A stretch of 63,352 nucleotides of DNA, the filler included, from Octopus bimaculoides (lineage: Eukaryota): NCBI RefSeq assembly GCF_001194135.2. It is 4 parts of 4 records of this genome, joined end to end, with 100 filler letters (N's around TTAATTAATTAA, not from the genome) between each part and the next. Parts side by side here need not be neighbours in the genome. Positions count along the whole stretch, not along the records: positions 17,824 to 24,477 come from NC_069003.1; positions 24,578 to 32,658 come from NC_068990.1; positions 32,759 to 63,352 come from NC_068995.1; 1 more part is not named here. One strand, 5' to 3'. Numbering within the stretch: the first letter of the stretch is position 1; every line of letters begins with the position of its first letter. The position numbers and the translations under genes were made by a program. The notes beneath the pieces were generated by a model. It was not told the origin of the DNA, did no database searches, and saw only the letters and a program-made list of their open reading frames with translations. Below are positions 21,957 to 34,185 of the stretch, piece after piece.

Positions 21957-23974
21957 AACAACAAACAAGATGAGGACAAATATCCGTCAAATGTAAATAA
22001 TGTACATAAGGGACCTTAATCGTCCGAAAAATGCCAATCAAGAATACTTAGCATTTTAGCTCTTATTTCTAGTAATGAAAGTGTTTCTAACACCCGTCAC
22101 ATTTAGTGACAATTATAGTTTTCCTTTTTGCTGAAACATTGCAAACTGCTGTTTATATTAAATTTATATATATACACATATATATATTTACATGAACATA
22201 TATAGTTAAGTCAATGTAGCTGTAGATAATAGACATCTTAACTGATTTAGAAACAAGGTAGCTTCCCAGTGAAAGTGCTCAATGAATAATTAAAAATTAA
22301 TTAGACCAAGGCTAACGATATCTGCGTCACGGAAATAGATTGGAATGAGTCTGTCCAATATAGCATACACAAACACCTATAGACATAATAATGTTCCCTT
22401 AAATATATGGAAATAAGAGTGTGCGGTTGTACGTACATTATACACACACACACACACATATATATGTACACAGACACACAAATATATACACACAAATACA
22501 TATATATCATTATAAGTACCTATGTAATTACATATACAAATGTGTATATGCACATACACATGCACACACATGCATCTATATGTGCATGGAGACACAGATA
22601 TTCACATTGTGTATGTATGTGTGGGTGTGTGGGTGTAAAATTATGATCTCAATGTGTCCTTAGAAGTTAGTGGCAATAATTAGACCAGCTGCCTATTTTC
22701 AACATCGTCAATATGTAGATATATTGCTATATTTCATCTCGTTACATGTGATGGTGGTGGTGGTGGTGGTGGTGGTGGTGGTGCCAGCAGTGATAGTAGC
22801 AGAGGTGGTGGTATGTCGTGGTAGTGGTGATGGTGGTAGTCTTTTGTTACATGTGATAGAGGTGGTGGTTGTGGTGATGATAGTAGTAGTGGTGGTGGTG
22901 GTGGTACGTGGTGGTTGTAGTGGTGGTTATAATGATGGGGTGATGATGGTGGCTGTTGTGGTGGTGGTGGTGGTGGTGGTGGGGCGATGGTAGTGGTGGT
23001 GCCAGCAATGATAGTAGTAGAGGTGGTGGTATGTGGTGGTTGTGGTGAATGGTGGTGATGGTGGTAGTCTTTTGTTACATGTGATAGTGGTGGCGGTCAT
23101 GTGTGATGGTACTGGTCACCTTAATGATTTTAGCATGTTGTAGTAGTTGTTGTGATGGTTGTGGTAGTGGTGCATGCAGTGTGTTGTGGCAACATAGTAG
23201 TGTTACTGTGGTGATGTGGTGGTACTATAGTCACATGTAGCTGTGGTGTGGTGGTAGTATTTTGATGAGTGTAGAGGCAGTAGTGTTGTTTCTTTTGACA
23301 TTTTGTTTGTCTTTGTAAATTTTATGACAAACAAAAATAGTTGCACATATCATTTTTAATCATTCTATCACATTTTCATCATCATAATCATCATCATTGT
23401 CATAGTCATCATCATTTTCATTATCATCATTATCATCATCATTATCATCATCATTATCATCATCACCATCATCATCATCATCAGCAGCAGCAACACCACC
23501 ACCACCACCACCACCACCACCACCACCACTACTACCACCATCAACAGCATACTACCACACNNNNNNNNNNNNNNNNNNNNNNNNNNNNNNNNNNNNNNNN
23601 NNNNNNNNNNNNNNNNNNNNNNNNNNNNNNNNNNNNNNNNNNNNNNNNNNNNNNNNNNNNNNNNNNNNNNNNNNNNNNNNNNNNNNNNNNNNNNNNNNNN
23701 NNNNNNNNNNNNNNNNNNNNNNNNNNNNNNNNNNNNNNNNNNNNNNNNNNNNNNNNNNNNNNNNNNNNNNNNNNNNNNNNNNNNNNNNNNNNNNNNNNNN
23801 NNNNNNNNNNNNNNNNNNNNNNNNNNNNNNNNNNNNNNNNNNNGACATGTACACCACAGAAACGGGGGAAACTAGCCCTATGAATCTATAAGGCTTAGGA
23901 AGGGGCCTTTTATTTTTAGTACTACTACTCACACTACCACCGCCACTGCTACCACAAATATTTTTTTATTTATT

Positions 23975-24245
23975 GCAAGAGACCCAGAAAGACATGGGAT
24001 GAAATACTGAAGGCTCATCTCAGAATGCTGATCCTTACAAAGGAGATGACAGAGGACTGAGATATGTGACACACTGCCGTGCTCGAGTAGACCCACCCAC
24101 CTCAGCAGAACTGAGATCCTAAAACCAAAGTGCCACGGAAAATGCATTGGTGATGGTGCTATGTAAAAGGCACCCAGTACAACACTCTGCAAAGTGGCTG
24201 GTGTTAGGAAGAACATAAACACACCGACGCTGGTTGTGAAGCAGT
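23975..24245 (+). mobile_element. 3' end of an RTE-like LINE (ORF end plus 3' UTR)
   Basis: Reads RPRKTWDEILKAHLRMLILTKEMTED..., similar to the GRPRKTW...D...W C-terminal motif of RTE-like ORF2. It is followed by GGCACCCAGTAC...GTGGCTGGTGTTAGGAAG, which also occurs inverted in the 17.9 and 18.7 kb repeats. Confidence 0.65.
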
Positions 24246-25317
24246 TGGAAGGAGCAAACACAAACACAGACACACACACACATATGCGCGTGCACACACA
24301 CACATATGCGCATGCACACACACACACACACACACAGATATATAAGGATAGAGATATATACATGAAATAAGCTTCTTTCAGTTTCCAGCTACCAAATCCA
24401 CTCACAAGACTTTGGTTATCCTGAGGGTGTAGTAGCACTGCATTTTGTTAGCACCTACATATATATATATATATATANNNNNNNNNNNNNNNNNNNNNNN
24501 NNNNNNNNNNNNNNNNNNNNNTTAATTAATTAANNNNNNNNNNNNNNNNNNNNNNNNNNNNNNNNNNNNNNNNNNNNATAAGGAAAAAGTCAAGGTAGAA
24601 AATGCTAAAATAATTTTATTATAAAAAAAACATTTTAGTACCGGTTTCAGTTATTGAGACTTTTTTGAACTGTAAGTATGGAAAGCAGTTAAATTTTGGA
24701 AAAAATAAATGAAAAGTTTTTTAAAAGAATATTTCCATAGTTTCCGGTTGTGTTTTAGTCAAAAAAAGTTTTTAACGTCTTGCATAGTTCGAGCCCACAG
24801 CAACATAATATCTCCTCCACTATTTAAGTATTACGTGTCAAAAGTGAAACAAAAACACTCATGTCAAATAATTTCACTTTAAAAATGAAACTTTTCCACT
24901 ATTTCAGTACCACAACTGAAACAAACACTTTTCGATACTGTAATTTTTGGGGGATTAATTTACACTGCATACGAAAATACAGACATATTATCACGGTGCG
25001 TAATTAAGCACTCACAGATCTACGCATACATACCTGACGACTGACATGCCTGAAGTGTCAATACGAAATTTTATTTTCATTTCCTTTAAAACAATACACA
25101 TTTACTGTTCCATTACCGATTAATAATTATCGCAGCAGTTGCAAGCTTGGCAGGTAAAATATAAAATTATTTGTCTCTCTGTACAAGTGCTTCCATTTCC
25201 TTAATTTATACTGCATACAAAAGTACAGACATACTATATACGGTACGTTATTAAACACACACACACATACACACGCATACACATCTACACATACATATAC
25301 ATACTTGACGACTTAAT

Positions 25318-25475
25318 TTTTTTATTAACCACACAGGGTCGAAACACAGAGGGAACAACACAAGGACAGAAAAAACACAAAAGTGAAGGAAAAATAAAAT
25401 CGAACGAAAAGAATGGTAATGATAAATCAAAAGGTGGAATGACGTCTACTTGAACACCACACTCCATTAAACGTT
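25318..25475 (-). mobile_element. LINE-like 3' UTR end (possibly L1/Tx1-type)
   Basis: Minus strand ends CCCTGTGTGGTTAATAAAAAAA after a pyrimidine-rich UTR. The same terminus CCCTGTGTGGCTAATAAA is at about 42600-42620. Confidence 0.5.
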
Positions 25476-26025
25476 TTTAGAAAAAAAAAATTCACACGTG
25501 TTATTTTCTTTTTGTTTCTTTCTCCTTGTGATAAATATTTTTTCTAACTGTATTTGCTTGAAAACACATACTTTTCTTTATATTAAGCAATTCATTATAA
25601 TTACTTTTACGATATGCCTAAATAAAAGCCATCGTTATAGATCAGCATTTCTCAACCTATTTCGCGATTTGGCTTTCCTTGGATATTGAAAAAAGTTATT
25701 TCGGCTCCCCTGTGTTGATGAAAAATTTAATCCAGTTTGGCTGTCCCCATGGGCTTTCTATTTGTGCACCTGAGGGAAAGACGAAAAATGTTGTCTACTA
25801 AGAGGCACTCCAATGAAAACAACGGCAACTTCAACTGCCCCAATTTCAACTCCGCAATTTTTTCATCGTCCTGCCAGCCCACGTAAGTCCAATCTTGCTT
25901 TGGTCTCCTTAACAACTCACCATGACATTCATTTTTTTCTACCTAGATCCGTCGCCCAAACACCACTTCGTATCCACTTCTTCCTCTTTTTTATATCTTC
26001 GTTTCTCTCTTCGCGTCGTTCTCTG

Positions 26026-26054
26026 ACCGGGTGAAACCGGGCTTAGCTGCTAGT
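26026..26054 (+). mobile_element. Helitron-like 3' terminus
   Basis: GC-rich hairpin CCGG-GTGAAA-CCGG, followed 9 nt later by CTAG|T. Confidence 0.35.
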
Positions 26055-26551
26055 ATATATATATATATATATATNNNNNNNNNNNNNNNNNNNNNNNNNN
26101 NNNNNNNNNNNNNNNNNNNNNNNNNNNNNNNNNNNNNNNNNNNNNNNNNNNNNNNNNNNNNNNNNNNTTTCGAAAGGGAATGAAAAATAAAAACATTTAC
26201 CAATCTATATTGCTCCTTTATTGACTCTTGCTTCATATGTTGTCTGGTCATTTTCTGCTGATGATAGTCCGACCTTGTAAGATATATAATTTTTATCTTA
26301 CTAAAATTGACTTGAAACCATGGTACAGAATATAGATTGGTAAATGTTTTTATTTTTCATTCCCTTTCGAAATTATCCCTAATTTTGTGGTATGTAGTAT
26401 TTTGCTGCTATTTCTAGCGGGTTAGATGTCCTATTATAGGCATCTCTGCATTTTAAATGAATAATACATAGTCTATTGATTGTTTTTTACTCTCGCTAGA
26501 CCACTGGTGGTAAATGAAATTTCAACACTTTTTTTGCTACCCTATAATTTA

Positions 26552-26594
<43 letters not shown>

Positions 26595-27387
26595 CACGTC
26601 ACGCTGTGTTCTACAGAAGAACCATAGCAGCTGTTGATTGTATTGTACAATTATCAATTATTTGAGATTTAGACCAATGCCACTAAAAGCCGGTGTATCT
26701 GCACTTAATGAGCTGCTTCTTTAGAGAGATATGCAACGGTGTTTCCAGACTTTTGGAAATGAAAGAATAAAAGTGCAAAACGAATTTTTAAATGAAAAAA
26801 ATAGACACACCGGTTTCTTTTAAATAACAGGATGTCCAGTTATCACTTGTAGACACCAGAACCATACCACATACACCTCTCAAGCCCTTGGGCAGAATAT
26901 TGAAGACCTGTGGGTATTTGAAACTGTTATATCATACGTTCGGATGGCGTGCCTTCGCCAATAACGTACTTCTACTCAACTACCGAACTCTCACTTCGGA
27001 CGACTCGACTCGACAGAACTCAAGGTCTAGTCAACTGACGGCTCCGGCTCGATTTCTTTTATTTAGGCACATAGCCTTTATAAAGCGGGGGACACCATAA
27101 GGACAGCCAAAACAATACATTGGGGTACATATAAATACATGTAAGATGAATTGTGAATGAATAAAAATGAGGAAATGGCTTACTCGCTCCTCAAAGCAAG
27201 TAGTTCCATTTTACTGTTTTTAAAATACAGTTTTACTATTACAGTCTCTTATCTTTTTTAACTCAACGGATACTTAACAATATCATCAAATATTACAACT
27301 GGGGGCCGTTCGTCGTATCTAAATTGCAATGGTGATACTTCGACTCTCTTCTTTCCAAATGGTTGTACCAATCTCTCTCCTCTCTCC

Positions 27388-27430
<43 letters not shown>

Positions 27431-27920
27431 ATAGCACGGTTTCTGATGTAGGCAGAGGGCAAATAGTTTTGAAGACATTACGTGAAACCATCAAAACCCT
27501 GTACTCAACAAGTACTTCTTTATCAACCACGGCTGGCTGGAGGTCCGGGCTGAAATGCAAAGCTAATCTTAGCGGAAACATTAACAGCAATAACTAAAAC
27601 ATGTATTTTGGCGGCAGCAGTACAAGTAGCTATAATAGTAGAGGCACCAGTACTACTACTACTACTACTACTACTAGTAGTAATAGCAAAAATAGCTGTA
27701 GTAGCAGTTGTTGTATAAATAGCCCAATTGTAGAAGCAGTGGTAGCAATAGTAGCAGTAGCAATAACAGTAGTAGCAACAACAGCAGTAGAGGTTAATGA
27801 CCGTAGTAATTGTAGTAGCAGTATTTGGGTTGGTGTTGGTGTTGGCGGTGATGGTGGTAGCAGACGCCACCGCCGATGTCTCCTTGGCAGCAGCGGCAGT
27901 AGTATTTGTAGTAGTAGTAA

Positions 27921-27953
<33 letters not shown>

Positions 27954-27999
27954 CACCAGTAGCGTCATCATTGCAGCAGCAACAGCAGTAGTAGCATTA

Positions 28000-28061
<62 letters not shown>

Positions 28062-28062
<1 letters not shown>

Positions 28063-28190
28063 TGAGTTTCAATTCCGCCGAGGTCGACTTCGCCTTTCAT
28101 CCTTTCAGCGTAGATAAATTAAGTACCAGTTGCGTACAGGGGTCGATCTAATCGACTGCCTCCTCCCCCAAAATTTCAGGCCTATAGCAA
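28062..28190 (+). mobile_element. SINE family A, 5'-truncated, embedded in (ATT)n
   Basis: TTCTGAGTTTCAATTCCGCCGAGGTCGACTTCGCCTTTCATCC, flanked on both sides by (ATT)n. Confidence 0.9.
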
Positions 28191-28193
28191 AAA

Positions 28194-28308
<115 letters not shown>

Positions 28309-28668
28309 GTCATTAGCAACAACGGTAGCAGTGGCAGCAACAGCAGCAGTAGAGTTGTTATTCAGTTATGCATCACTGAAACCCCGATCTTTGGCAGCTC
28401 TTGTAGCAAGTATTATTTTATCTGGCAAACGACGTCTGCTGTAGAATTCCATGCTCGTCTTTAACTGATGTTTGTGTCTTCATATTTGTATAAACAGTTT
28501 TCTGCCGTACTATTAGTGAGATATTGCATTGTTAAGTGTGTCAACCTTCTGAAATATTTTGAAACCTGAGCTGAACATCGAAAAAACTCGCACACAGACA
28601 CACTTACACAAAAAAGATCCTACCAAGATGAGTAGAAAGACGTGTGTGTGTGTTTGGAAATGTATCTC

Positions 28669-28701
<33 letters not shown>

Positions 28702-29256
28702 CGCTCTCTAACTGTCTGTCGGTTTCTATGTCTCTCTCGACACACACAAACACATACACACACGTGTATGGAATGCATGTATGTGTGTATATGTATGTAT
28801 ACGTGTGTGTGTGTGTGTATATATGTAAGTATATATAAACACAAACATACAAGGAAAGCATACAGACAGATACAGACAGAGAACAGATGAATAGATAAAT
28901 AGAGAGAGAGAGAGAGAGAGGGTGTGCGTGTGTTTACGGAGAGAGTGAGATAAATACAAACAGAAAATAGATAAATAGAAAGACAGACAGGCTTACATAT
29001 ATATATAAAGAGAGAAGAAAACAAATAAATATAGGGAGGGATTTTGAGAGAGAGAGAGAGAGAGTGGCAGGCAGATACAGACAGAGAGAACACATAGATA
29101 TAGACAGACTGAAAGATATATATATATATATATGTGTATATATATGCATATGAGAGGTATTGGTATCTAGAAGATGCAAAGAGTGTTAGGCAACGCTAAG
29201 TAAGTGCTATGGACAGACCGTAGTTATACACTTGCTTCGATAGTGATACGAGTGAG

Positions 29257-29288
<32 letters not shown>

Positions 29289-30432
29289 NNNNNNNNNNNN
29301 NNNNNNNNNNNNNNNNNNNNNNNNNNNNNNNNNNNNNNNNNNNNNNNNNNNNNNNNNNNNNNNNNNNNNNNNNNNNNNNNNNNNNNNNNNNNNNNNNNNN
29401 NNNNNNNNNNNNNNNNNNNNNNNNNNNNNNNNNNNNNNNNNNNNNNNNNNNNNNNNNNNNNNNNNNNNNNNNNNNNNNNNNNNNNNNNNNNNNNNNNNNN
29501 NNNNAGAGAGAGAGAGAGAGAGAGAGAGAGATAGGCAGAGAGGCAGACAGATAAATAGGTAGATAAGCAGACATCTAGACGGAGATTGACAGATAAATAG
29601 ATAGACACACACACACACACACAAATAGAGAGAGAGAGAGAGAGAAAAGAGAGAGATAGGTTGGAGTAGGCACATGGTAAGATCAAAGCTAGAGTACAGG
29701 GAATGTAAACAGTTGATCCGCAATGCTGGCGAAACCGCATATGAAAAATATATATATATAGAGAGAGGATTAGGAGAAATTATCTGTTTATATAAGGGAA
29801 ATACTGAGAAAGTAGGAGATGAGGTATTGTAATAACTTGAAAATAAAATAGGAGGAAGAAATGAATGAGTGTTTGAGTTGAGGGATGAGGGAGGAAAATT
29901 AATATTTGAGACGTTGACAGGGCCGAAAGTTGTAACAGTGTGGAAATGAAAGCGTAGGGTAGACATGGGAATTCGTGTTGGAGTGATATAATAGTAATAC
30001 CAATGTGGGGAAGGGACAGTTGTGGAGCTAGGAGGGGAGGGTTCGATTTGGGCGGTCCGACCCCAGCGGCGCTGTTATGAGGGCAACACTTTTGAGTTAG
30101 CATATAACTATATAAGGGCTTAAAAGCGCAATGGGTGGGGTGACAAGCGCAAAGGCTGCCCCCAGTGACACATGCATTAACTAAAGCACGCGTCACTGGG
30201 AAATGGGGTTTTATGGTATTAATCCTGATAAAGTAGACATATAATACGAACTTACTAGTCATGGCTGTCAAACTTGTTTAGGTATGATATAATGTGTCCT
30301 ATTTTAGGAATGTTTGATATGCTTTACATCGAACAAAACCTCCGACAGTACAGAAGCACTCATTCGTTCGTCTTTACCGTTATATTTCGCGTTGCTGATT
30401 TGTTCAAATCAGAGTCAATCCCACTGGTTTAT

Positions 30433-30470
<38 letters not shown>

Positions 30471-30486
30471 GCACCCNNNNNNNNNN

Positions 30487-30715
30487 CGCGGCGAGCTGGC
30501 AGAAACGTTAGCACGCCGGGTGAAATGCTTAGCGGTATTTTGTTTGTCTTTACGTTCTGAGTTCAAATTCCGCCGAGGTCGACTTTGCCTTTCATCCTTT
30601 CGGGGTCGATTAAATAAGTACCAGTTACGCACTGGAGTCGATATAATCGACTTAATCCGTTTGTCTGTCCTTGTTTGTCCCCTGTGTTTGTAGACCCTTG
30701 TGGGTAGTAAAACAA
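30487..30715 (+). mobile_element. SINE family A, long-tail subfamily
   Basis: Full head and core, plus the tail TTTGTCTGTCCTTGTTTGTCCCC...CCCTTGTGGGTAGTAAA shared with the 36262 copy. Confidence 0.9.
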
Positions 30716-31023
30716 TAACATACACACTCAATTCAATGAGATTTGGGTAAAAACCTTGTAGAATGCTATGCAAAGATCGTCCATATTTATTGGGAACCTG
30801 ACTTCATCATCCAATGGAAATGCTTCTGCTGCTGGATATACGCCAGGAATTTCATACTATCCGTAGAGTTTATGTAAACAGAAAGGACATTCTTCGTTTT
30901 AAATCACTAGAATTACTACAACACATTTTAACAGATGCAGTACATTGATGAGGTCCAATAAGACAGTACTTGTACCTTGTCCTCGCGTTGTTGTTTTCTC
31001 TTGCTTGTTCTTGTTTGGATCAA

Positions 31024-31078
<55 letters not shown>

Positions 31079-32542
31079 TATAATTATATATCGAGAGAGC
31101 GAAGGGGAGAGAGAGAGAGAGGCACGAGCATGGATGTGTGAATCTATATTTGTCTCTGTTTTTTGGTCTTATATCAGTCATAATTGAGCTAAGCTATGTG
31201 TTCTGTCCGTGTCCAACGCATATTTCTTTGAAATATTGTGTAGATATCCAATATCTGGCTTATTAATGAACTTTGAAAGTACTAAGCTGTTATTTCTAGT
31301 AGATCAGCTGTGTGTGTGAAGGCTCCTTGCATGTCAGGTCTGTTTATTGCTGCTCTTATGGTTCTTTAACTCTGATCAAACAGTTTAATTGTGATGAAAC
31401 AATTTAAAAACTTGAGTAAAGTGATTTTAGCCTTGGACAAAATAACGGTACTTATTCTCAGCTTTACATTCTGCGTTCAAATTTTGCCGAGGCTGACTGT
31501 GCTGGTCATTCATAGGAGTTGATAAAAATAAGTACTAGTTAAGTCCTAGGGTCGCTGCTTTGATGCTGAAATTTGAAACCATTTTTTTTTCTTTGTCAGA
31601 GAGAAGAAAATATAGAATTTTAGTATTTAGTTAGACAGCACGGTACGGTTCGATGTACATACAACTGTTATTTCTCGTAGATAAAGCAACTATGAAAATA
31701 TTAGATCTTTGGTGCGAGCAAGTTAAAAATAAGATCTGTGCCAGGTACGTAGATAAGTACCATTTGAATACAGGGATCGCTGTGATCGACTTATTTCTCC
31801 CCTAAATAAGGGGTGCTGCTCTGGTGCCGAGATTTGAAGCCATTTTTTTTTTGTCGGGGAGGAAAATATGTATGTACCGTATGTACTGTGCCCTTACTCT
31901 TTAAAGCTAGCTCGATGTGATTCGAAGTACGTTTAGCTGTTATTTCTTCTACATAAAGGAACCGTGTAAAACTTTTTTCGTTGATGCAAGCGAGTGAAAA
32001 ATAAGATATGTGACAGATATGTAGGCGGTGATTTTGTAAAAAAATGTTAATAGAACTACAGTACGTAGGGTAGGAATAGTGGGGTAAGAAATGCTATTAA
32101 GTAGAGAGGTGGGGGCGTGTAAAAAGAGAACTTGTGAAGGAATTGGAATGAGAAAGCAGGGGGGAATAAAGAGTGGGATTACTAGAGCGATGTGTACGGC
32201 AAGGAATAGAAAATGTAAACGTGTAGGATGGTGTAGTGTGTGTGTGTGTGTGGGGGGGAAGATATTACGTGTATGTATATGCATATGTATATGTGGGTGT
32301 GTGTGCGTATGTGTGTGGAAGTGTGAGACAAGGTGCGAGTACACATGTATGTGTCTGTGAGGAGCTACATGTATGAATAGAGAGTGAGAGAGAGGGGGTG
32401 GAAAAAGAAAGACGGAAAGAAAGGTAAAATGAAACGTGAATGATATAGGATAGTACCTAGAGGGCTTGTGATATTGCTTAAGGTGCACAGTGAGGAATTT
32501 AGACACACACAGGCACACAGGCATGTGTATATTCATACATAC

Positions 32543-32589
<47 letters not shown>

Positions 32590-32758
32590 TACATATATAC
32601 ACATTTATTTGTATGTACGTCCACCCAAACACACTCATATATATATATATATATATATNNNNNNNNNNNNNNNNNNNNNNNNNNNNNNNNNNNNNNNNNN
32701 NNTTAATTAATTAANNNNNNNNNNNNNNNNNNNNNNNNNNNNNNNNNNNNNNNNNNNN

Positions 32759-32884
32759 AGAGAGGGAGAGAGACAGAGAGGGAGAGAGACAGAGAGGGAG
32801 AGAGACAGAGAGGGAGAGAGACAGAGAGGGAGAGAGACAGAGAGGGAGAGAGACAGAGAGGGAGAGAGACAGAGAGGGAGAGAG
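32759..32884. repeat. 16-bp minisatellite (AGAGAGGGAGAGAGAC)n, about 8 copies
   Basis: Direct reading. The array runs into a gap. Confidence 0.95.
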
Positions 32885-33556
32885 AGTGTGTGTGGCACAT
32901 ATGAACTCACATATAGACATATGCATATAAAATTTTCGTATCAATTTGACAAGAAACCAATCAAAGTAGAAAGTTCGAAAGTATCTGAGATATTGTATAA
33001 CAATAATTTGCCTCAAGTACTAATGAACGAACTCAAATGAATCTTTCGTTTGTCTTCTGACAAACAAACAAACTAACAAACTAACTGACTAACTAACCGC
33101 CTATTAAATACACGCTTCACTAATCGGAGCCAGATTTAGATTGTTTATACGAAACGTTAAATGAAGCCGGGTCGGGTGACTTTCAAAACAAGATGGCTGA
33201 AATGCAATGTTCGTTCGTTGCGCTCCAAGACGCTCAACACGGATGGAGGTGATGTGTTATTATTGTACGGAATAATTAGAAAAGACGGTAAGATACGATT
33301 TTCCTTTATCATGAATATCTATGCAGACATGTCATCATGATTTATCAACAGTCATTAGAAGGAGAGCATAATCGGAGACCGTCTGGAGCCCAAATATTTA
33401 TACATGCATTCAGTGTGTGACTCTATGTGTGTGTATGCGTGTGTATGTGACCTTGTGCACGTACGTATGTAAATAGACGTCTGTGTGAGTGCGCGTGTAT
33501 ATGTGTGTGTTTGCATGTGTATGAAGATGTATATGTGTGTATGAATGTAACTTTCC

Positions 33557-33587
<31 letters not shown>

Positions 33588-34109
33588 TACATGCGTACAA
33601 ACATACATATACATATGTATAGATATGTCAACAAATTTGATGAATACGTGCGTAATTGTGTGTGAAAGATAGAGACAGACACAGAGATGGTCCCTGTGAG
33701 CGTCTGTATGCATGTGTGCATGTACATGCATGGGTGTGGGTATTTGTGTACGTATGTTTGTGGCGGTGGTGGTGGTGGTAGTNNNNNNNNNNNNNNNNNN
33801 NNNNNNNNNNNNNNNNNNNNNNNNNNNNNNNNNNNNNNNNNNNNNNNNNNNNNNNNNNNNNNNNNNNNNNNNNNNNNNNNNNNNNNNNNNNNNNNNNNNN
33901 NNNNNNNNNNNNNNNNNNNNNNNNNNNNNNNNNNNNNNNNNNNNNNNNNNNNNNNNNNNNNNNNNNNNNNNNNNNNNNNNNNNNNNNNNNNNNNTAAATA
34001 TAATGAAGATAGCGGTTAAGTATCAGTTGAGAATTGACAGCAATTACGTCTATTTGCAACTACCTCAACGTATAGACATGCATGTATACTTCCATACACA
34101 CACACGCAG

Positions 34110-34152
<43 letters not shown>

Positions 34153-34153
34153 C

Positions 34154-34185
<32 letters not shown>

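Larger units (their letters stand above)
21542..22009 (+). mobile_element. Composite Penelope-associated/SINE-like element with a hammerhead-ribozyme motif
   Basis: B-box-like GTTCAATTCC at 21617-21626, then an (AAC/AAT)n linker and a hammerhead-like core at 21910-21956. A 20-bp inverted repeat (19/20) links 21565-21584 and 21990-22009. Confidence 0.6.
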
